Below are positions 1-12,993 of a stretch of 64,000 nucleotides of DNA, piece after piece (the stretch's first letter is position 1; every line of letters starts with the position of its first letter). The notes under the pieces are model-generated. The model searched no databases. It saw only the letters and a list, made by a program, of their open reading frames with translations, and was not told the origin of the DNA. The stretch lies in NCBI GenBank assembly GCA_051942205.1, contig JAVECO010000008.1, positions 124,001-188,000 on the forward strand, in the 5' to 3' direction. A program made the position numbers and the translations under genes. Origin of the DNA: Coniocarpon cinnabarinum. Its lineage: Eukaryota.

Positions 1-261
<261 letters not shown>

Positions 262-427
262 TCTTCGCTTCACAAGATTCAGCTTGTAGCACTATAGCTA
301 ACGAAAGCGTACTTTCCTAGCGCATCTGCTAGAGTTCTTCGGATGAAATATCAAAACATGCCAAACTTCATGCCGGTTGAGCCTGACTTTCGCCTAGCAC
401 AAAAGCTCTTCGTCCTTAGGGCAATGC

Positions 428-445
428 TTTTTTTTTTTTTTTTTT
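428..445 (+). repeat. Poly(T)18 homopolymer
   Basis: 18 consecutive T, about 170 nt downstream of the PRP43 stop. Confidence 0.95.
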
Positions 446-1381
446 GACTTAACTTATTGGCCAGACACCCGTCCGGAGTCCTCAACGATTGCCTCTTCTA
501 TAAGATAGGTATCCTGTCGCATTCAGCCGGTCCCATCCTTGCCCTCTATCTACGTAAATCAATGCGATGAATGGTGAGCCGGGTCGTCATACCTTGATTC
601 TGGCATCTATAGTATGTTGAAGTCTCGAGAAGCTTTAAAGCAAGTCAGTGCAGTCGAAGCTGTAACTCTTCATCGGATCTCTGTGACACCAGGATGTCAA
701 CAAGCACGCTTCATCACCCGCGGGTTGCACCGCACAGATATGATTGTCGAATCAATAGACTTTAGTACGTCTCAGCGTACAATCGAGAGAGTGCACTCAC
801 GAAACATTCGATGCTCGTTGAGCATTTCAATATGCTCTATTTTTAGATGTGGCTGGTGTGTACAGAATGGATAATGAGCTTTGGGAGCTGCAGAGTAAAG
901 ATTATACCCATGGGCCGGAATTCCTTAATCACCCTGTTGTACTAATTCTCTTTCTATTTCTCGTCCACAGAGCTCCATTCAGAATGGTACTTATCTGCGA
1001 CACTCATTTCGCGGGTTCTGTTTCCTGTTGTTGCTCAACCATCAATGCTCCACACGAGCTATACCAATGCTCAGTCTTGGATTCCGGTCTTGCGGTGGTG
1101 CCGACATCATCATCGAACATACTAACATATGATGCCTCCATCTTGCATCTGGTATCGTTCAGAGCAGTGATTGCCCAACTACTCATAGAAAGTTATTAGA
1201 GGCTGAAATGGCGGGTATTTAGGATTAGTACAATATGGCGTAAAGATCTCTGGCCACAGATCGCGACAGGCATGGCTGTTTGAAAGTCGGATCGATCCGA
1301 TGTGCAGGAATGATACCAAAAAACAGGCTCATGCCGCTGAAAACAACCAAAAGTTCTGCCTGCAAGACTCTCAAATGCCCG

Positions 1382-4300
1382 TTACCACTGCAGGCCAATA
1401 TCACTCTTGATGGAAGCCACTTCACCTTTTCTGGAGATGAGCATTACGCCGTTCTCAAGTACACGACAGCTTTCCAAATCGCCGTACTCCCAAAAGTCAT
1501 TTGGCAGGAAGAAATGACGCTTAATTTCAGACGCCTCGTGGCTTGAATTCAAATGCCAGGAACAGAGCCATTGGTGATTGTCGAGGAAAATGAACTTATC
1601 TCCTCGGAGCACCCCAAGTGGAAGCTGGACATTCTTCCATACCGTAAAAGGAAGAATGCTTGGCTTCATATGATGCAGATTCCGTTCAAATGCCGACCGG
1701 GGAAAGAACATAAGCTGTCGCTCTTCCATGCGCGACGTCTCTACCATGAGGTATGAGCCATTCTGGGTGGGTCCTGCGTTCTCTACAATTGCGCTAGTCT
1801 CCAGATGGCTCCGCACACGGGCAATAGATGACCTTCGAATCTGAGCAGCAGTGATCTTGTAAGGCTTAGGGGCATCAAACTCAATGCTAGACGTCACGAC
1901 CAGATCTTGCCATTGACAAGCAAGTATCCTATCGGCTCCCGTGGCAAGTAAGTGATCTCGGTGCCATGGATGATTCATCCATTTTAGAGTCGAATTGGGG
2001 TCATGTGAGTTCCATGAAGTAATTCGCGAGGCATTATCGATTGACCACAATTGCACAGAAGTGGGTCCTGCGACGAGCATGTAGTCAGCGGTTTCGCATA
2101 GCAATAGCTGTTGAGCATAATAATCATCTTCAAAAATGATCCTAGCGCAGAACTTTGTCTCGCTCGGCTGTTGGCAATCCATCCTAGCAAGCCTTTCTGG
2201 TCGCAATTTCTTCACAGTCACCTTGCCAACAAGGTCCATCCATGCGACATAGCTAGCATCGGCACTGCATGTGATTAGTTCAATCGACCAGTCATTGGTC
2301 CATTCTTCCACAAGCTGATTACTAGTGCCCTCAAACAGTTTAACACCACCCTCAGTGTTCCCAAACACGTAGAACTCGCCGCTTGGTGCTGCTGCAAGGG
2401 TCGTCACAGGCTTCATAAGACCACCTTCGCCCTCGGAAACGGTCGTCGTCGATAGCTCGGTGCCGGCGAAATCATTCGGAGCTCCGCTGCCCAACGTATT
2501 AAGATCAGCCAACTGTACCAATATGTTAGGCTCCCAGACATTACAAAACGATCCTCTGACATCATACAGTCGGCGATTGTCAGGACTCAGTGCGAGACAT
2601 GTGAGAGGAAGGTCCTCGAGTACTAGCTTGTAGATGGTCACAAACTCATTATACTTCCAAATTCTTAGGGATCCTTCATTTTCACACGTTGCAAAGAGCT
2701 TGCCATCCCGGCTCAGAGCAATCTGAAACGCAGCGCCAGCCGCCTCGCGGATAGTATCTTCAAAAGGATTCCACTTGAATACGTTTCGATCTTCGTATAT
2801 GCCAAGGACTTCGGCAAACAGCGGGTGCCAAACAACTTGCGAGACCGGAGTCCAAGGTCGAGGGTTTGTACTATGCGGAGTCTCTCGGACTCGCTTGGAC
2901 CATAAGACCTCTGTAGGGTCATTCAACGCAAAGACAGCAAGAGGTGCCCCTCGAAAACTCATAGCCACATGGCTTCCTTCGGAGTCAAACGCTATACAAG
3001 AAGGGGAGTTGATGACTCCAACCCCATTCACCCGATTGGTAAGCACATTTGATCCCACAACTTGCCAGCCAATGCTTGGTCTGTCCAGGAGAACTCGCCG
3101 GATGGTGCGATCGTCGGAACCAGAAAGTAGCATGGTATCCGTGCTCGCAAATGAGAGGGAAGTGACTGTATTCGTCTCTGGATTGGAGATGCAGTGAAGC
3201 TCTTGGCCCGTTGATAGATCCCAGACCCTCGTTACGCAACTGTCACAGGTCGCAACCTTCTTTCCATCAGCGCTGGCACACAGCGCCTTGTTTTTCTCAT
3301 GATTTGGCAGCCTTCTCCGATATTCAAAGGTAGTGCAATCGAACAGCATGATCTCGCCTGCAAGCGTCTCGACGACAAAATATTCTTCTGTGGTGACAAC
3401 CCTGATACTTAACACTCCTGCACCAATAAGGATGTTTGCAAGACGGTCGTCCCAGCGATCATGAGATCCGCCGGAGAAATGGACTGTGAGAGAACTCTTC
3501 TGTCCGAACTGTCGATTTATGGCCGAGTCTCGCGGGCAAAATGGAGCTATGCATTGAAATATTGAGTTGGGGTGGCCTACTAAGGTGCTGCCGAATCTAC
3601 CCATGATCTTAACCAAATCAAATGCCCACAGCTTTATTGTCTCGACACTTCTTGGAGTTCTCGGGTAGGAGACCATGGAAGAGTCCAGGGCCCGTCTCTT
3701 GTTTACAAACGTGGTCATTGCCTGTGACGAGTGCCCCAACAACTTCAGTTGGTTTCTAGTGGCTAGCGATTTGATCCAGATCAGCACAGAAGAGCTCTGC
3801 AGGAACTCGGAGAGTGCAACAAGAGTCTCCTCACTTGCTGCAGAGCTTGCTTGCAGGTGAAAAGCCCAAGACTCTGAAGCGTAATGTAATAGGACCGGCG
3901 GTGGAACTTGTCCAACCTGGGCGGAGAGTTTGGGGTCAGAGAGGTAGCTCATACATCTCAACAACAAAGTTTGATGGCTTGCGTGTGGGTCGATACTGAG
4001 AGGACCTTCCGATACCTTAACCAGGAAGTCTCGAGCTGTCTCGTGAATGAAAGCGACGCGGTTCTTTCTGTCCACGACTAGTATGTCTCCACAGATCTGG
4101 TTAATTGTGTGTCGGAGGTCAATAAAATGTGAGTACTCTGGCTCCAGCACCTTGCTCAGCTCGTCAACATTGAGCGATCGCTGTGCGCAGCCAACAAAAG
4201 CCAGCAAGGCTTTGGCGAGCATCAGGTCGGCTGGCCTTAGACTTCTTGTCATTGCTTCCTCCATCCGTTGATAGAAAGAATGCATGCCTTTTGGCAGATC

Positions 4301-6456
4301 ATGAAGCACCTCTTCTATCTGTGGCTGTGTATGGCAGGAGAGGGTTTCTTTGACTGCGAAATGAACCCAAAGAAAATTACCTGATGCTCTTTGAATGATT
4401 TCATCCATCACCTGACGTCTTAGCCTGTCGCTACCACACAAAAGTTGAAGTTCCCTCTCGACGAACATAGGTATGTCTTTGCCTGAAGACTCAATGGACA
4501 GCTTTGAGATGGACATCGATGCACTGAGCTTCTCAAAGGCGTTTGCGATAACTTTGGTAGATCGGCTCACAACAATAAATCGTATGGGCGTATCAAAAGA
4601 CACAGAAGAGAGTAGCGCCAACAGGGTTTGAGGCGAGCCAGACTCATCTAGTCCATCCAAGACAATGTTGATTGGGTCTTTGAGTCTGAGATTTTGCAGC
4701 GCAGAGTCAAAGAGTTTCCGCCATATTGATGTAGGATTACTGTTTTCCAATGTGATACCAGCATCGTAAAGTTCATCAAGCCGCTGCCGATACATTGGAT
4801 GTTTTGTGCAAATTTGAAAGGCTACAGATCTCATGAAACAGCTTACAGACTGTTGCGTTTGGTTTGCCCTCCGGAAAAAGTAGTAGCTACAGTTGATATC
4901 GTCTGCGCGAAGATGATTAACTAGAAATGAAGATAACACTGACTTTCCACTTCCTGGTGGGCCGCTGATCCAAAAGATCCGAGAGACATCTCCACTCTGC
5001 ATCCACTCAACAAAGTTCGCCTCTGACAGAATCCAGGAACACGTATCAGCCATTCTTTGGTCGTAGTAGAAGTCAAGATCATCTTCCGGTACCTCCGATA
5101 AGCCAAGAAGTGTGTTGACCTTTCCCAACGGGTTTACGGATGAAGCTGGCTTCAAAGCACCTATATTGACTATCAGTGAGCCGGAGTCGAATCAAGAATT
5201 GACACGAAGACCTACTGCTTTCAGTGCAAGACTTGAGTATAGTTTTCAACGTGTTCCGCACGCTGATGTAGTTGCTGTCATTCAGGCTGGCAAACTTACA
5301 TATGTTATGATGGTCAGCGTTCAGAGGCTGTGAGATTTCGCCTCGGCATCCAATGATGGAAGACTCCTTTTTTACAATCTAAAAACATTAATTCTTGCGC
5401 TCAGAGGCTGAAGGTGGGGAACCTACCAGCTTTCTGTAGGCGGCGGTCGAATACCTTGTTTCATAAAAAGAAGCAATCTTTATCTCTGTGGGAATGTTGC
5501 GGAATTGTTCATTCAACTCCTCGATGGCAGGGGAATCTTCAGCTAGGTCGGCGACATACTGTTTTGGGGATGGACCGATTCTGGAGACTGCGAGTAGTCT
5601 GTTGAGAAGTTTGGCGAGGTCGGAACCACGATGTGGAGTACCGAGAAATACCATGGCCGCTATAGATGCAATGATTTGACCGAAATTGTCGTCGTTGCGA
5701 CCCATTGCGTATGCCTGTGACCATCAGACAAGGAAATTCGCAAGCCTTTGGGTACGCACCTTTTTGACAACCAAACCGCCTAATGAATGAGCCACAAATA
5801 CAATAGGTCTCTTGTACAAGTCAGTGAGCATCACATGACTAGAGGTTCGACATGGTACCTGTCCGAAAGCAAGCTCAGGTTCGTTCCTCAGGCTCGCGAG
5901 CAGACTCCTAGCAAAATCCATGATGCTTGTTTTGCTAGAGGAATGCATAGATAGATAGAATGCAGTGTAGCCAAAAGTCAATATCCTCGAGTTTGACAAT
6001 CCCTTCTCGCGTGGCAGAAACCGTTGTGGCCAGAAAGTGGCATCATCGTCCTGCGTAATCCAGGTGCTCAGGCTGCTTCCCCCAAGACCATGAACAAAGA
6101 TTATATCCGCATCTCGGTCCTCTCCGGGGTCATGAAGAAGCTGAAGACCTTTGGGCTCAGACTGCCTATCTTTAACCCTCAAGCGAGAACGTGGAACAGT
6201 GTTCGAGCTCCCATGCTCGGACGGACTCAGTACAGGCTGCGATAATCGAGCAGAGGATGGTAATGCTGGGGCAGTGTTTGGAGCTTCTGGTCGTATTATC
6301 TCTTCCTCGACCTGCTCGGTGCTCTCGGAAGGGAGCTTCCTCCCAGAAACAAAACCAGGCGTGGCATCAGTTGATCGAGGCTTCGAGCGCAACCGCTTCC
6401 ACTATGAAGCTTCAGCACCATCCATTTTGGTATAGCTTTTGAGGCAGGCCTACCAT
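1382..6456 (-). CDS. Fungal NLR-like STAND protein: N-terminal alpha/beta-hydrolase (SesB/lipase-like), NACHT, degenerate WD40 repeats; about 5 introns
   Basis: Hydrolase motifs IIFVHGLGG, RILTFGY, FVAHSLGGLVVKK, FLGTPHRGS and ADHHNICKF. NACHT Walker A GPPGSGKS and Walker B IVLDGLDES. WD-like repeats in the C-terminal half. ATG at 6456-6454 is followed directly by a GT-AG intron (6453-6402). Further introns near 5858-5818, 5758-5718, 5426-5379 and 5215-5162 join the ORF-track fragments in frame. Confidence 0.88.
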
Positions 6457-7392
6457 CGTCACGGAAACGTCCTCTAAAGCAGCGCTCGCAGCTACGAGGA
6501 AGCTTGACTATTCGGGCACCTACTTTTCGACAAAGAGTGATGAAACGTGGTTGAAGCGGCCCACTAATACGTATCAAAGAAGGAGAGAAGTGTTTCCGGT
6601 GGGCAACGAAGAACACAAGGCAACTCACTAGATAAATCGCAGGGTACAAGCTCGATTAACGACAGTAGATGTTCATATCGCAGTGGTCATGCTCAAGCGT
6701 TGTTATCACTGAAATTCGTGAGCTCATTTTCATTCTGCTGTTTGAATTGATTTATTCATCTCTCATCCAGCCAACATAACAAACGTGAGGCTGTGTGTAG
6801 AGTCATTACGCCTCGTTTACGCAGCTCGAACGTTGGCCTGACCGCAGATTCTGCCAGGGCGGATAGTAGGCATTGCGCCTGCACGCCCAATTACTCGCGT
6901 AATCGGTCATTCTCGTCCAATAGGGACAAGGAGCGACACCTGCAGTTTCGAAAATGGCTTGCTCCTCGCTTTTTAATTTGCCGATGACTACGCCGCATTT
7001 CAGGTCGCACATGCGCGAAGCGTACAGTATCACAACTCCCATGAGCAATAGTATTGTCTGCAACAGCGAATGCGGGCTGTCGGAGCTTCCGTTGTAACAT
7101 TAATGTTTCACAAATGCTTGCGTTTTGTGTGAGCATTGGGCTCGAGGACATTTCGTTTATGCGGCCTAGGCACTCGCTATGCTTGATTTAGAGCTGGTCG
7201 ATTACAAAATGCTGTGCTACACGTGACTGGGTGGGTAAACCTAGGCGCACGTGCTTGTAGCTGGTCAACATCATTCTTTGTAGGATTGCAAGGTACTCGC
7301 ATATTCCAAGGCTAAAAGCATGTCAGCGATGCGTCCTTGCTGTTTGAAAAAATGCCTGTGCTGAGAACTTGCATTCGAGCAACAGGAGGGGA

Positions 7393-7914
7393 TTATGTTA
7401 TCTCGGCTGACAGTCTTTGGTTGCCATAATCACCCATTCCCGCGCGGACGAACACAGTCGCTACTGATGACACACCACCACAAGGCCTTCCACAAGCTTG
7501 GGCGCAGCCTTGGTTGAAAAGTCTTACACTCGCACGGGTTACCAAGAGTGACGCAAAAGCTGAAGACCGCTGCAACGCTAAGCTTACATAATCACGGACA
7601 ACATATGAGAATAGGTGAATGAAACTGCCGCCACTCTGAGCTACAAATCCGCCACGCAGCAGTGGAGTGATGCCTGAGACGATCACGTAGACAGAAACGC
7701 TAAGGTTGATGTGAGCTACGGAAGTGTGCAGACCATCGGCTAGGGAGTTGATCGCAAGACAGTAGATGAAACTACTGAGTGACGAGAACATGCCCATAAA
7801 CGCTATGCAAAGGACGATCCATCGCTTTTGCGTTCTGGGGAAAATGGAATAGGCAGTGTTCTGTGAGGTGTTTTATGCATCGATTGTTGAAGACTCAGAC
7901 GCTGGGGGTGTCAT
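7393..7914 (-). pseudogene. Degenerate 5' fragment of an MFS (DHA1/QDR-like) drug:H+ antiporter
   Basis: Reads YSIFPRTQKRWIVLCIAFMGMFSSLSSFIYCLAINSLADGLHTSVAHINLSVSVYVIVSGITP (TM1-TM2 of DHA1). ATG at 7914 is followed by an in-frame TAA at 7875-7873. Motif A (D..GRR) is eroded to AQSGGS and similarity is lost after about TM4. Confidence 0.75.
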
Positions 7915-8596
7915 GATGAGGCGGAATGCTTCGAGACTCAACGCCTGTGCAGTCATCAGAGATGGCAGCACTTCCGTATGTGTATGCATTCATCAAAAAC
8001 CAATTGTCACGTGGCAATGACGTTTCTTCAACTCAGCGTGTGAATGTTAGGATGCAAACAGCTCCCTGGTCTTATAGTGTGAGTCCTCTTTAGCGAGGAA
8101 GAGCTGGTGCTGCGAAGCTTATTGCCGCCAGAGTTTCCTTTTGCACACATTCGGCTGCTTTTCTTTGTGCTACGATCTTTAAATTCATCGTGTTCGGTTC
8201 AAGATATGCAGGACTGGACAAAAGACTTCGCATTGATGCGCAGCGTGATTGACTTGATCACATCAGTGGCGGAAGTTGCCAGTTTCGGTATATTGGTATG
8301 CAGCCCGCTTTTGCCAGGGTAGACGAAGCGGGTATCGGCCGGGCTTGCATCATCTACGTGCCGTACATATACGATGATGGTGGTACGTGACTTCTGTCCT
8401 CGTGTCTACTTCTCAACACCCCGGACAAGAGAAACTTCTTCGCGCAATCTCGGAGACTAATCGCAAAATTCGTTCAGAGATCTAATACCGTGTGCCTGGA
8501 AACCTCTAAGCATCAAGTTTGCCACAGAACAAACCCTTGCCCAGTCGCCTTCAAACCCTTCTAGCATAATCCTCGTCTACCCAAAGCAGTGATAAC

Positions 8597-9055
8597 ATGT
8601 CATCGTCAGAGAGGCGAACGTCCAATCCAAACCATCCACCTCTTCCTCCGAACGCCAATGCGTTCATCGGGCCTGGCAACACCAGTCTCGGTGCTGGGCC
8701 CGTCATACCAAACTCGATGCCCTCGGCGAGCATCAAGCGCACCTCCGTCGACGATGCGCAGCCTCAACGCAAGCAATCACAAGGCACGGCAGGCACGGGC
8801 TCAAGAGCCACGCACGAGGACGGTCGTGCTCGCCTGGGAAGTGATGCCGATGACTTTGCGTTTACGGAGGAGGAACAGAGTAACAAGACTGGTCAAGACG
8901 GCGCCAGCAATCCATGGAGAGGCCCAGGCGGCATGAAGCTTGGACATGGTCCCAGAGTCGATCATTTGGAGAAGAATGAAGACGGATCATTTAAGCTCAA
9001 CCAGAGTCAAGGATATCAGCCTGATAGTGGAGCTTCGGGTGGTCAGGAACAGTAG
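8597..9055 (+). CDS. Hypothetical hydrophilic, low-complexity protein (152 aa)
   Basis: ATG in good context (taacATG), 459-nt ORF, C/A-rich leader typical of fungal 5' UTRs. No recognisable domain. Confidence 0.55.
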   Translation: MSSSERRTSNPNHPPLPPNANAFIGPGNTSLGAGPVIPNSMPSASIKRTSVDDAQPQRKQSQGTAGTGSRATHEDGRARLGSDADDFAFTEEEQSNKTGQDGASNPWRGPGGMKLGHGPRVDHLEKNEDGSFKLNQSQGYQPDSGASGGQEQ

Positions 9056-9865
9056 AAATGCACGTGGCACAAAGTTGCTGCTTCGAACATATGCTTCTGA
9101 GGCGGTAGGATTGATGCTGTAGCGCCCGCGCACAAGTTTCGCGGCTATTCGCGGCTTCTAGCAATGATCCAGTAGCGTCAATGTCGATGCTGTCTTCTTC
9201 TTGTTTCCGGTTGCTCTCGCGTGAAAGCCAGTTGGAGCATTTTCGCGATAGAGAGGAGTAGTACAGCGATCAAGTTTTGCACGAGCTCTATCACCCAGCG
9301 CACTGGCGGTATGCTCTTGAAGCGATCGGATTCTGGAACGGTGCCGGCGATGTCAAACACCTGTCGCGTCTTGCTCGGCGAGCGTTGGGCTTCCGGTGAG
9401 GCCATGCTCTCTCGATGCAGCGCGCGTGTCGAGTCAATGATGTTATCACACAAAATTATGCTGATCAGTGTTTCTGATTTGATTCACAAAGTCTTGAGGA
9501 CGTCAGGCATGAAGGGCCAATAAAGTCATACTGCATGACGTATAATATAACGCGCGTATGCCGGCCATGACTTAAGAACTTGCCACGATGCATCGGATGA
9601 ATACTCCAGGCCTGAGATGCCCGCAAACGGCTCTGACAGTTCTAAAAGGCAATCGGTACTCTGCGGGCATGGAAATAGAGGACCAAAATGGGGCATCGAT
9701 GCGAGAATTACGCCAGACTGTCGCGTAGGGCGGCGTGAGCGAGGGATCAGGCACAGTCTCGCACTGCAGGAGGAATATGGATGCTGCAAACAGCTGGTCT
9801 GAAACGCGAATAGTCTGGGGCGCAAACCTCTTGACCTTGCGGCTTTGGGTCCGAAGGATTTTGTG

Positions 9866-9903
9866 AGGACAAGCAGGACAAGCAGGACAAGCGCCAGGAC
9901 AAG
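9866..9903. repeat. Short tandem repeat (AGGACAAGC)x3 plus a partial fourth copy
   Basis: aggacaagc at 9866, 9875 and 9884; aggacaag at 9896. Confidence 0.9.
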
Positions 9904-10254
9904 TTCCCTCCCGTCTGTTCCCGAGCGATCGGAGAGGTGGCAAAGCCCCTCGTACGGGGTAGAGGCTACCTACCTAGAGTACTACTCCGCCATTCTGCTT
10001 TGCAAAAGCAGGACCCAATTTACTCTATTGTATCTGTCTCGCCGCCAACAATTGGACCATGATGCGGTTCGTTATGTAGACAGATAGCCTGACTGCGTAG
10101 CTACTGAGCATTGATGGCGCTCTTTGGCGCTAATGCACGTCTACTTCGTGGCTGCCCAGAATGGTAGTTACGTATTGAAATCCATTAATGCAAATTCCCT
10201 GCACTTGAGACTGAGTTCTGGTGAATGGGACGGGGACTCGCACACGTCCGAATT

Positions 10255-12621
10255 ATGGCTGCCACATCTGTATTGCCCAGCACTGTCAGGCATACAGCAG
10301 TGCAAGCAACGGCTTTGAGATGCTTTCTTCCTGAATTAGCCCCAAGAAAGACACCTATACGACCTCGATTTCTAGAACGTGCCCGTCGTGACTTTAGAAC
10401 TTTAGCACCGTATCGTACGTCTCAGGATGAGGTCGCTACCACGAAAGAGACCACATGGATACACGGCGAAGCTCCTGCAGCAGAGCCTGGTCCCCAGTCT
10501 GAGTCCCCAGTCACTGGTGGCTACGACGCCATCTCCGACAAGCCGTGGTACCTGCAAGTCCAGGATGCACAATTCAATCAACTAAACCCTATCGCCGCTC
10601 GACAGCAACTTCCAGAGCTTCCTGAAGACCCACCGCCTGTACTCGAAGGCTTGCTCAACCACCTTTCGACCGACATTGGGCTGGATTACCTCTCTCTCAT
10701 CGACCTGCGCACTGTTGATCCTCCACCAGCTTTGGGTTCGAGCCTGATCATGATATTTGGCACCGCGCGAAGCGAAAAACACCTGAATGTCTCCGCCGAT
10801 CGGTTCTGTCGGTGGCTGAGAACAGAGCACAAATTGACACCGTATGCTGACGGTCTACTTGGCCGAAACGAGATGAAGTTGAAGATGAGACGGAAGCTGA
10901 GGAGATCGAAGATGTTGAGTATGGTAGGTGCACGAGATTTGGGCGCTCCCGACGACGGCATCTCGACAGGTTGGATCTGCGTCAACGTGGGGACCGTTAA
11001 CGAAACGCTAGCCGCAGATGAAGAGCTCGGAGGTGGTGCAGTCGGATTTGGGAGGCTGTCCAACGGCACTCAAGTGGTTGTGCAAATCATGACAGAGGAT
11101 AAAAGAGGTGAGCTAGATCTCGAGGGACTTTGGACCGGCGTTTTGAAAGGGTCTCTCCGCCGTCAGGGTGAGGTTGGAACACTACGTTCGAACACGCAGT
11201 CTGATGTGCCAGCGACGATGGATGCTACTTCTAGGAAAGGCATTAGTGCATCTGGGAGCCCGTCGCGCATAGCACCAAATCAGCAGCAACGTCAGCAACA
11301 GCAAGTAAGAGTTTTACACACGTCACGGAGATGTAAAGTTGCTGACGACGAAAGCACGGAATCTTCCAATAGTTTCAAACCTGATGCAAGAGAGCTAGAG
11401 CCACATATACTCTATCAAGCAAACGAACCAAGCTATGAAGATGCCCTGAGCCCTGCACCAGACAGCGATGAGTATAACTTGACGAGTGCACCAGACGCTC
11501 GGCAACCTTCATCGGATCACATAGCTTCTGGCGTAGCTCTTCAAACACATCTGCAATATCTAGAGAGAGTTTCCGATGAAGCTGCTAAAGAAGTCCTCGG
11601 GGACGGAGAGCATGACCAGACTTCCACATCTTTCCTGAGATCTTTCTTCAACCAAATGCCTACGTTTCTTCGTACACGCCACTGGGATGCAATTCTGCAA
11701 CTCCATTCGCGTGGCTTGCAAGTGGGACATCCGGGTTATACGCAGAAGGGGCATATCGACCTGCTTGAGTCGATGGCTGCATCAGGGGCTGTGTTCTACT
11801 CTGGGCTCCTGAAGCGCTCGTTCAAAGCTATCATGCAATCGGCGCATACGCCCGGAGGAGGCGGTTCCCAGCCGTTTGACAACTTTAGCACGTCAAGCAA
11901 AAGTCGAGCACTTCGAGATCCGTTCTATGACCCGCAGGATCCTAAACCTTTTAAGGAAGGCCTCCATGCACTGCGCAGCAGCCTTGGCTTTGCCTTTGAC
12001 ATCTTGGATCTCAGGGAAGCCCAGGGCTATCATGCGAATACGGAAACAATCCTGTGTGAACTGCATGATGCAATCAGCTCGCCTCAGGTTTCCTCACAAG
12101 TCGGCGAAGACGTTACAGAGGGCCAGATACAACGCCTGCAGAACGACTTCCGTCAGGCATTGGACGTGGTGATCCCGGACATTTCTGAGAGGCCGAGAAA
12201 ACTCACGGTTGCAATGTTGCAGACTTACGCTGAGACTAGAAATTGGCAGGGCTTCTGGCAGGTGTGGCACTCGCTGCCCCTGGCAGCACAGCGACGTGAT
12301 GAGCAGCTCTATCAGATCTTGTTCGAAGGCCAGGTCATTCAGGGCCGCATGGATCAGACCCGGAGGGTATTGAATGAAGTCGTCGAGTCTATGGGCATGG
12401 AAACACCTGCCGTTTGCATTGAGGCGGATGGCGAGCTGGCACTAGCTGTGGCTCGCACGCTGAGGACCGCTGGTTATGATCTGCAGAGTGAGAACGGCAG
12501 GTGGGCAGAGACGTGGGAGAAATGTCAGAGGGGTATACGGCTGCTGCCTGACCATGTATTGCGGCGCGCTGCTGGAGTGCAGGAGGTCGAGGATAGAAAA
12601 GAGGTGCATGCCACTGTGTAA
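10255..12621 (+). CDS. ATP25: Mitochondrial ATPase synthesis protein 25 (RsfS-like N-terminal domain)
   Basis: PWYLQ...LIDLRTVDPPPALGSSLIMIFGTARSEKHLNVSADRFCRWLR...DGLLGRNEMKLKMRRK...GWICVNVG...VVQIMTEDKRGELDLEGLW, with an Arg-rich presequence. An alternative upstream ATG lies at 10225. Confidence 0.9.
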   Translation: MAATSVLPSTVRHTAVQATALRCFLPELAPRKTPIRPRFLERARRDFRTLAPYRTSQDEVATTKETTWIHGEAPAAEPGPQSESPVTGGYDAISDKPWYLQVQDAQFNQLNPIAARQQLPELPEDPPPVLEGLLNHLSTDIGLDYLSLIDLRTVDPPPALGSSLIMIFGTARSEKHLNVSADRFCRWLRTEHKLTPYADGLLGRNEMKLKMRRKLRRSKMLSMVGARDLGAPDDGISTGWICVNVGTVNETLAADEELGGGAVGFGRLSNGTQVVVQIMTEDKRGELDLEGLWTGVLKGSLRRQGEVGTLRSNTQSDVPATMDATSRKGISASGSPSRIAPNQQQRQQQQVRVLHTSRRCKVADDESTESSNSFKPDARELEPHILYQANEPSYEDALSPAPDSDEYNLTSAPDARQPSSDHIASGVALQTHLQYLERVSDEAAKEVLGDGEHDQTSTSFLRSFFNQMPTFLRTRHWDAILQLHSRGLQVGHPGYTQKGHIDLLESMAASGAVFYSGLLKRSFKAIMQSAHTPGGGGSQPFDNFSTSSKSRALRDPFYDPQDPKPFKEGLHALRSSLGFAFDILDLREAQGYHANTETILCELHDAISSPQVSSQVGEDVTEGQIQRLQNDFRQALDVVIPDISERPRKLTVAMLQTYAETRNWQGFWQVWHSLPLAAQRRDEQLYQILFEGQVIQGRMDQTRRVLNEVVESMGMETPAVCIEADGELALAVARTLRTAGYDLQSENGRWAETWEKCQRGIRLLPDHVLRRAAGVQEVEDRKEVHATV

Positions 12622-12993
12622 ACAATTCTACAAGTGGAACGAGTATTACGTATCTTGTAAGTAGATGCAATTGTAGGTGTGTTGCGGGCTGTCGAAGCGG
12701 GTTCCCCTACACCTAGCTAACTCGCGCTTTCGAAACGCGCATCCACTGCCGAACTTGTTCCTTTACTGTAGCATATACTTTATATTCTCCAGACAGGGCT
12801 CAACATACAAGTCGCTCGACCAACCCAGTGCTGCTTGCAAGCCTGAATGTAATTTTGATTACTCAGTCTTTCTTTTAGCGCCAAAGTACACGATATTTGA
12901 TGGTGTGAGAGCGACTTGCAAGCAGCAAGGGTCGGTTTTGCCATTCTCAAACATCGCATCATGCTGCGGAGATACTGGTAAAAATCGCAGAAC

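Noticed and set aside
614..1200. Short ORFs between PRP43 and the NLR
   Set aside because: No motif or coding signal; could be a relic but cannot be supported.
1382..3400. het-e/het-d-type hypervariable WD40 array in the first NLR
   Set aside because: The WD repeats are degenerate, with no high-identity DNA repeats.
8597..9055. G/Q/S/N-rich orphan ORF as an amyloid signalling partner of the neighbouring NLR
   Set aside because: No HET-s-like, sigma or PP/RHIM-like motif is recognisable, and the NLR N-terminus has no matching motif.
9178..9943. Minus-strand ORFs (91-123 aa) as a spliced gene
   Set aside because: No recognisable domain and no convincing splice model that removes the stops.
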